Assembly (NCBI RefSeq): GCF_000150275.1
Contig: NW_002060948.1
Location: 3,980,759-4,044,758, forward strand
DNA from: Trichoplax adhaerens
Taxonomy: Eukaryota; Animalia; Placozoa
Length of the DNA: 64,000 bases
Reading direction: 5' to 3'
The notes under the pieces were generated by a model, which did not search any database, had not been told where the DNA came from, and saw only the letters and a list, made by a program, of their open reading frames with translations. Shown piece after piece: positions 55,665 to 64,000 of the stretch (positions are counted from its first letter, which is position 1; each line of letters begins with the position of its first letter). Made by a program: the position numbers and the translations under genes.

Positions 55665-57912
55665 TAATACGTGTACAATTGACAAGCACATAAACTTAAA
55701 ATTAGAAAATTGAAACTAATTTCGCATGCCAAAAATGATCAATTGGTCATAACATTGAGCTTGGTGCAATAGCAAGTTGTGCTATACTCGTACACTATTT
55801 ATCTGATAAGCGTGAGTTGATGATAATACAGTATTTGTCATGACCGATTGAAATATTTGCGCTATTATAAACTGATCAAACGACGCGTATCAAGTAATTA
55901 TTGCAAGGTAGCAATTTAGGAGGTATTATTATGCCATAGAGAATTATGAATGAACAACAATTTCTGTTCAGTGCCGTTTCTTTTTATTTCCTTATTGGCT
56001 TGACAATATTATTTTTTTTCTACCACACAGCCGTAGACTTAAGTAGGATACAATACGAATCTACTGCATACACGCTAGTATAAATCATTAACAGAACCTA
56101 ATAAAGATTCAGAAGAGAATTCAGTTATTACATAGGAAATACTGTCAAGCCATCACGATTAAAATAGATCACCACGCATGACGATAAACTAAGTTCATAA
56201 ATCTTAAATCTAATATTTTTATCATCATTATTATAATTACCATTAGGTAGGTACAAACATAGACAGATTATATTAATATATTCAATTATTTCAGGAAAAA
56301 TTTATGCTGGCCTGATATTTTAGAATTCGTAATCGTTGCCTAGGTTTACGTATTACAGTATTAATATTATTAAACTTGCGCAGAACTGTGTTGCAGTTTG
56401 ATTTTTGCAATGTAGGTACCTAGTGCATCTTTATTTTTTTAAATCATAGACGATGCAGGATTCCAAACAAAAATAATATCTTTATAACATATTTACAGTT
56501 AATTATTAGTTATTACAGAGCTGGATTAATGCCAAAGTACGCCCATTGAGTAAGTTGATGTCTCCTTATGTATGTAATTCTACCTTTTCAATGTTGCATT
56601 TTTATTACGTGAGTATAGAAAAAAATCTTTTTCTACTCCTGATGCAACTTTGGTAGGTATATAGTTTAAAGTATAATCATTGTATGCATTTCCTGATAAT
56701 AGAAATATTGTGTAACTAAATATCAATCTACTGTATATGATGTACGTACGTACGCCTATCCAAGGTTAGGTTTGAAGCCCTTATCTGTACGTGCTTAAGC
56801 AGTGCTTTTTTTTAAACTTATGTGATAACCACAAATGAAGTGAAATTAATCTAACAAAAAAGGTACGATACAGCCACGATTGAAAAAAAGAAGCAAATGC
56901 TTTCTGTCGCTAATTCTAATATAGTTTCACGACACCTACACATTCATGAATCATGATACTGTACCTAATCATGACAGCCCTATTACTGTAGGCGTCTATA
57001 ACATCAATGCAAGATTCATCGTCGATATTTTAGAAGTTGCACCTCCTGTATTATTTCTGACAATGAAATACGATAAAGCTTAACACAACAATGAAAAGCA
57101 AATTGAGCTACAGTATTACGGATTTTGCATCTTTTTCAATATTGGTATTATAAAGTAGCATGTTGGATCACTACAGATAACACGAATGAGCAAACTGTTC
57201 CACACGGAAATATCATTGTCTTTGACACCATCCGCAATAGTACATTGTAAGATGCAACCCCACCCTTGATGATTAATAAAATGTTTTATACAGTGTTTGT
57301 CCTTTGGATGATTCCAAGCGGTACTAAGTATTTGCCTACCCCTAAAACGTCACAAAAATGTTTGATGACATTTTTTGGTTCCTAAGTAATATACCGATAC
57401 TGTTGCTCTTTTTAACCATCACTAACAGCACACTTTTAAGTTTATCCTTTATCGTCTTCATTGACACAAAGTATTCATAAAATTGATTTGAATCCGTTCA
57501 CTAATTATACATACATGCCAAGACTACTACAATAACTGAAGCTGTAGTACTGTACATGAATTAAATGATAACTAAAATAGTCTCATACGTCAACGTAACA
57601 ACTATTACTTATAGTAAAAGAAAAAATGAAATTACAGTAAAAGTCATAAAAAGCTGTAGTTATTAAAAGGCACGTTAAGACTATCGATATGCTGATATCA
57701 ATAGCAATAGTTAAGACTTTGAATACAATTGCGGTAATGGACGAATTATAATGACGCATCAATGGGTACATCACTATTAGTATATGGTATACGCACATAT
57801 ACCTTAAAATGAAGGTAATAAAATGCGCATACGTAATCAAAGTAATGGACATTACATATATTTATATATTTATATATATATATATTACTATATACAATAC
57901 AAGATCTTGAGT

Positions 57913-60900
57913 TTACAACGTTATGGTTTGTCGTAAGGTAAACCTTGTAATATCTAATTCTTGCGAAGCCGTACTATTCATGGACATTTGCGACGCACGG
58001 AAACTGTTACCAATTTGGCTACAAGGGATATCCTCTTCGTTTCCACTAGAAAAGTTAGACTCCAGCAGATACGCGGAAATTTTTTTACAGTCCTCCATAT
58101 TTTTAATGATCTTCTTCATATCCTAGGAAAAAGGAATCGTATCAACATCATGTTACTAATTCAACAATTTGAATTTGGAAACTCAAAACTTTAACCAATT
58201 ATATACATTCAAATCGTGATTTCTCAAAACTATCATTGGCCAGTAAAATGCCGATAACTCGTACATATTTACCGAGTAGCTAACATTCGCAAGATGACCA
58301 CAAACTTTGAAACCATGCTTGATGAATTCTTGTGTATATTTTTCCATGTTAATATTACTTAGCCATCTTTTTAACACGTAATCCTAATTTTAGCATAATG
58401 CAGTACTGTTGTCATGACAAACAATAAATCACCGTAGACACTAACCTACTGATGGAAAGATTTAGGTCAGCTCCGTCAGAATTCTCTTTTGTCGTTACAG
58501 CCTAATATAAGATTATGAACGCAATTTGTATGATACAATCAGTGTATTCCTTGCAAATAATGCGCGTTCTAAGAACATAAATTCTATTCCAAATAATAAC
58601 TTATAAACTTAAAAACTACAACTACCGATTATACTGTATGTGCGCATATGAACAGATTGTACATGCAACAATACTAATTTATGTACAGTAGTATGAATCT
58701 TACATTTTGCAGCGTGTCTAAGTTGCGGCTCTGACGGCGGACAAGTTCTTCAGTGTTTGTTCGTTCAAGAGGTGCAGTTAAAGTACCATGACTATAATAA
58801 GGAAGATTTAAAATCACTTTACTAGTTGTATAGCCGGATACTAACAAGGATGGGTAATGTTTTTTTACCTTTTAATTTCATTGATTTGGGCATCAGATAG
58901 CTTGTCTAAAACTTCCAATGATTCGCTCATTTTAGCTAAGATCTCATAATTTTTCCTTCCACGGACCTGTAAGAAAAGCAATCGTAAAATGTCTCATCAA
59001 ATGGGAAGTATATCACAGCTTTTACACCGTACGCATAAGTACCGTGATTGTGAAGACGTCATCGTTGCTAGTACTCTCCACGCTGCGCTTCATGATACGT
59101 TTACTTTCATTGGAGATTACACCAGTTACCTCCCTTGAGACTAGATTTACCATTAACATGTTAGGTATAGTGATACCAAATCACAATCAGAGTAAAATAC
59201 CGTATGATAGAAATGTTAATACGAGATAAGTACAGTACCAGTTTTGGAAGTTTTTAGCTTCTTATTAGGGGGTTGCTTATGCTCTTTTTCCGACTTCATC
59301 GCAGCGCGTTCTTCATTACTTCTATCTCTGCCGGGGCAAGCACAAACTCGAACTTCAACCTTCTTGCGACCTAAAACGTTCGTTCTGTAGCATATAACAC
59401 ATATAGAATATTGCGGTAAGCTACACTGAAACAAGCTATTACTTCCGATAGTTTAGCAGAGGTCAATAATTTTTAATGAGAACTAAATGTCATACCCATT
59501 TTCTAGAGTAATTACTAATTCGATAGGACGTCGATTTATACTTCCAGAGCAAGATGAAAAGCACATGAACTGGTACAAGAGAGTACTGCGCAATTCTCCA
59601 ACTAATATTGAATAAATCATACAAGAGATCAAGATTTCAATATCTAGCCACACCGACAGTCGATATTTTAAATAATTATAAAAACAAGTATTCACTTGAA
59701 ATACAATAATAATCTGATATTCATAAAGGATTTGTCACACCTATTACAATTACCGAACATGCAGGTAATAACAAATGAATTATAGATTTCATATATGTTT
59801 TAAGCTAGTTTACTCATTCGATTCAGTTCTTTTACCTGCTGGTGCAGTATACGGAACCCTTACAGAATGTCGTCCAGAAGTATCTTCGTAATATTCCGCT
59901 CTTTGACTTTCACAGCGAAGAATATGGTCAGAAGATTCGTATTCTAATATAAAAAGATATAATTAACTTAAAATACTTTTATAGGTAGTTCAAAAGCAAG
60001 TCTTCGATCTTACTTCCTTGATCTCGCAAAGCATGATTAGGACATCTTCTGACAGGCTCATAAACATCCTGGGGTTTTGTATACATTACATAGGCCCTTA
60101 TGTAAGAATTAGCTGGCGGCTCACCTGGGATTATTAATTGGTTACAATTACGTCGCGTCGCTAAACTACCGTATGCTATTTTAAATGTATAATCCATACG
60201 TTCTATGGTGATGTGGATAGGAAACAAACACTCCATCTTGATGAATAACTTCTTCAACATGGTAGAATACTGCAAAGAAAAATTTCGATGTCTAAATTAA
60301 TTATCACTACTAACCTTCCTCGATACCATAAGATCGTTAATTGTAGTTTTACAATTTACATATTCTAACCGTATTATTTGTGGCCTTTGTTGGATTATCG
60401 TTCTGTTTGGTTAAGAAAATGATTTACAGATCATTATGTTTGTATAGCCTTATTAAAATTTGATACGATAGTTTAGAGGGCGCTTACTATACGTGCTTAC
60501 GTTACCTGATCAATAGCGATGTCGAAGCCAAAATTGCCAATATATTCAGCACTGGGGTGTAAAATAATAATAATTTAGTATTAGCATACTCTAGCGTAAT
60601 TGATATACTGTATTGTAGTTTGTCTCATTAACACAGATCAGTTTTAACTGTGATTACAGTACAGTACTATTTCTTGCTTACTTTGAAGGCAGAGACGGAT
60701 CCCTCTTTAGCGGTGGTGACGTTTCAGCACTGACACCGTTAACGGCTTGGCCGTAATACGCTTCGCGAGCTTTATCAGCAGAACTGGAAACGTTCTATAT
60801 TAAGATATAGGATAATAAAAATTACGCATCACATTATTTATTGCTTGTACAATACTAACACGATCCAAAGTTATGCTACTCTTACGTCACTAAATGTTCT

Positions 60901-61443
60901 TGGGGACGGAATTTGATTAACGGCAAATTCGCGAGGAAGTTGCCCTACCTGCCCATCTGGATAACCAGCGCTAATGTATTGAGGCTCGTTTGGCCTCATT
61001 AAATAGCGATCTACATTAAGGGACAATTGAGCTCCTACTTAAAATAGCAAAGCACACAAACAGTATCAATTTTTTCGGTTCTCAAATAGCTATCGAATGT
61101 AAATATGTACAATATACCATCAGGATTTTGCTCGGAGTACGAATAAATAGCTGTACCCCTAGATGTAACAAATTCAAAGAAATCTACGTTTAGTTGATAT
61201 CATCGGTGCAGAAGATACATAGATTGGAAATCAGCTTAATCTTAACGATAATTATCTAATTGAAGCAACCTTTTTACTACATTTTAAACATTATGCATAT
61301 TGTTGCAGTTTAACGACAATTTATACTAACTCGTCTTCGTTAGTGTTGAACTTTCCTTGAGTAATTTCATCGATCATCAATTGCCATGAAGACGACAGTT
61401 CTTGCGAGAACGATAACTGAGATAGAGTCGGTTCATCAGACAT
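57913..61443 (-). CDS. TP53: p53/p63/p73-family transcription factor with TA, DBD, oligomerisation, SAM and TID domains (17 coding exons)
   Basis: Exons (minus) 61443-61331, 61158-61118, 61010-60886, 60794-60682, 60551-60506, 60402-60370, 60269-60200, 60124-60014, 59943-59836, 59601-59496, 59384-59239, 59140-59043, 58966-58869, 58791-58704, 58501-58446, 58366-58273, 58122-57913. Motifs VRRCPNH, FMCFSSCSGSINRRPI, EVRVCACPGRDR, FTITVRGRKNYEIL, SAM SISRWLSNINMEKY and TID RFTLRQTITL*. Confidence 0.96.
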
Positions 61444-64000
61444 TTTGTTTGATTTTCAAGATCAGATACCTAAATAGAAGTTATCATTAAAAATGTAACT
61501 TCGCTCTTTGCAATTTATGACGTGGATTATTCACAACTGTAAGTGCGTACAACAGAATAAATTTTGTCGAATGCAACAGCTAATGAAAGTAAACGTCTGC
61601 TATACAGTAAGTTCTCTCATCAAGTCGAAAATTTACAATTACGCGATAAGACTGTATAATGTGCATACAGTATGAAGCCTTCAGTGGCTGTGCTATGCGT
61701 GGCACCGTAGCGTACCTAATAATAGTGCTGTACACGCCTTAATCCTATTATACTGTGCTTTCAATGTTTTCCATGCAATTTTCTCGTTAGATGGTTACTG
61801 TATAATCATCTGATAAAATCAATAATGTCACAGAGATAGGATTCTCGACAACTGCTGTAACCAAATAATAACTATCTCATCAAAAATTATCGCTCTTTAA
61901 GCTTTTATGTTTTGATCACATTCAAGGCCGCATCATACATAATTAATAATCTATTTGCAAACAATATGGAATTCCATCAATAAATACATTATTCTGTACG
62001 GTACACATCTATAGTTTAGTTGGCCTGTGAAGAATTGCCTATTCATTGGGGCGCAGTGCCAGTACAAATAAAATAATAATGATGCGCTCACATAAAGTGG
62101 ATAACAAAACATTATACCGTCCGTTTCCTACACGATCTACGATCAGCGTTACTGTACCGTGAAATTGTAGAACTTGAAAAATTTACCAGTCAGCGTCAAA
62201 GTTTATATATCGTCGTATCTTCAAGGATGACTGTCAAAATAAAGGGAGCCTCTGATATACAATATATAGTACGCAGAACTTCATGAATTTCTGCTTATTT
62301 ATGGAAACGCCAAATGTTTTACTTATGTCCACATGAACAGCACTGTCATCCCATTTAATCGAGATAATCTCATCGCAGTTAACAAACTTTGCTATTTCAC
62401 TGGAGTTCACAGCTACCCAGTGCGCTCGAATCTATAACGTAATTTAATCTCTCATTTATGTTGAGCAGAATAGACATGGGCGCTCTAGCCAGTTGGAACT
62501 TTGCCCGCAAGTGTACAGTACTGCACGGATTGTGCTGGATATTATTATTATTAATTAATGAATTAATTAATAATAATTAATTATTCAGCATCATCAATTA
62601 AGTTCAAGGGCCCATGCCTGATGCCGTACAGTAGAAAACATCCTCCGTACACACCTGTGGAATGTACTGTACCGCACAGTACAAGTATGACTTCTGCGAC
62701 AGTATAAAGTACTGTAGAGTTGCACTGTGCACTGCATTTTTTGTAAATAATTCTTGGCGGCGAGTCATGACTGTCAAAACGTTCGTATGACGATTTTCAA
62801 CGATGCCGTAAGGCAACAGAAAAAAAGAGAGTTGTGAAACAGAGGGATTTTCAGCTAAGTTAACCTTTAAGCTGCTCTCTCTTCGGGTGTGATTAAGACT
62901 AATAGAGCACTTTGTGTAGTGATTACGGTACTGTCAACTGTAATCCACACTTTTCTAATGATTTGATTGACTGTTATCTGCTTATTGCCAACTCAGACAC
63001 TGATCGACAGTACGCCAAAGCAATTGGTATCATTCAATCGTCAGTCCTGTGTCAATAACAGTGGTTGACTCACAGTGAGCAAGTACAGTAGAAAGTAAGT
63101 TTACACTAAAACATACTACGGACTGGAGAGCGAAAAGCATTTCATCCATTTTACTACCAACAAATTTACCCATCCCAACTCTCAATCACTCCATTCATGC
63201 TATCATTGATCCCAATCATGCATTAAGCCAACATTAAAAACTTTCATGACCAAAGTCTAACTGACCCTAGTTTGTAGGCCGATGTTCAACTCTAATAATA
63301 GACTGTACGCGTAATAAGAGGACTACAAGAGTACTTTTTCTTGATCCGCATATTGTACTAAAATTGCTCGCTCATGACGACACTATTTAGGCGACTTGAA
63401 TGATAAAAGTTGGAAAAGTCCCAATTTGATACCGATAGAGTCGATATATATATATAAACAAGTGGCGCAATTAAATTAACAACAACATCCTTTAGAAAGT
63501 TAGCAGTTAACAGAATAAAAGAGTCTACAAGAGACGGATAAAAATCTGATACGTATTTTAGGACTTGTTATTGACACACAGTTGTGTTGACGAACACAAC
63601 TTGCTGAAGGGATAGACATTGAGCTGATATGAAAGAGGTCATATCAAAACTATCAAGTTACATCTGTACTGCTCACAGGGTGGCACATACAGCATGTAAG
63701 AACTGGGATAGAACTTATTCAATCATTGTAGTTTGTAGGCATGTCAAAGTTAATCAATTACATTACAATATAGAATCAAAGGAAAAAAAGAAAGAATAAC
63801 ACAAGCGTACAAGATCGGATATGCAAATGCAAGAAAAATTTTGGGGCCACGATCGTACCCTGTTGAGCTTGTATTAGCGCCAACGTCAATACAATATCAC
63901 ATTGCATAAGAAGTATCCACTATTGATAAACTAATGCGTACCTACTGGAAATGGTTGGCGCTTTTACTGGGTGTGAGAAATAATCTCTAGGTTCCTTTCC

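Noticed and set aside
57856-57895. (TA)n-rich tract just after the p53 stop codon
   Set aside because: An ordinary low-complexity microsatellite in a 3'UTR
62470-63750. Possible p53 autoregulatory response elements (AGACATGGGC, GCCCATGCCT, AGGCATGTCA)
   Set aside because: Only isolated, mismatched half-sites; no paired RRRCWWGYYY decamers

Overview
AT-rich, intron-rich animal genomic DNA, most likely a placozoan (Trichoplax). This rests on my recollection of the p53-family N-terminus MSDEPTLSQLSFSQELSSSWQLM and on the compact GT-AG introns; no search was run. Ten protein genes were reconstructed by hand across splice sites: UBE2J2 (+), PEX10 (-), COPS7 (+), GAPDH (+), an SLC25A34/35 carrier (+), an uncharacterised LRR protein ending in CaaX (+), two intronless GT10 alpha-1,3-fucosyltransferases (-) flanking a C7orf25/UPF0415 gene (+), and a full-length p53/p63/p73-family gene (TA-DBD-OD-SAM-TID, -). 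Non-coding DNA carries many tandem-repeat arrays (several of about 160-165 bp), small foldback hairpins and a Helitron-type 3' end. The main points of interest are: (1) the p53 L3 loop naturally has Ser at the G245 hotspot position together with an aromatic residue at the N239 suppressor position; (2) a 75-nt in-frame, stop-free intron lies inside the p53 DNA-binding domain; (3) the gene set matches the human 1p36/12p13/17p13 paralogous regions; (4) an RCGTG (HIF-type) cluster sits upstream of GAPDH; (5) two satellite arrays 31 kb apart appear related. No prokaryotic-type system, CRISPR array, rRNA or tRNA was found.
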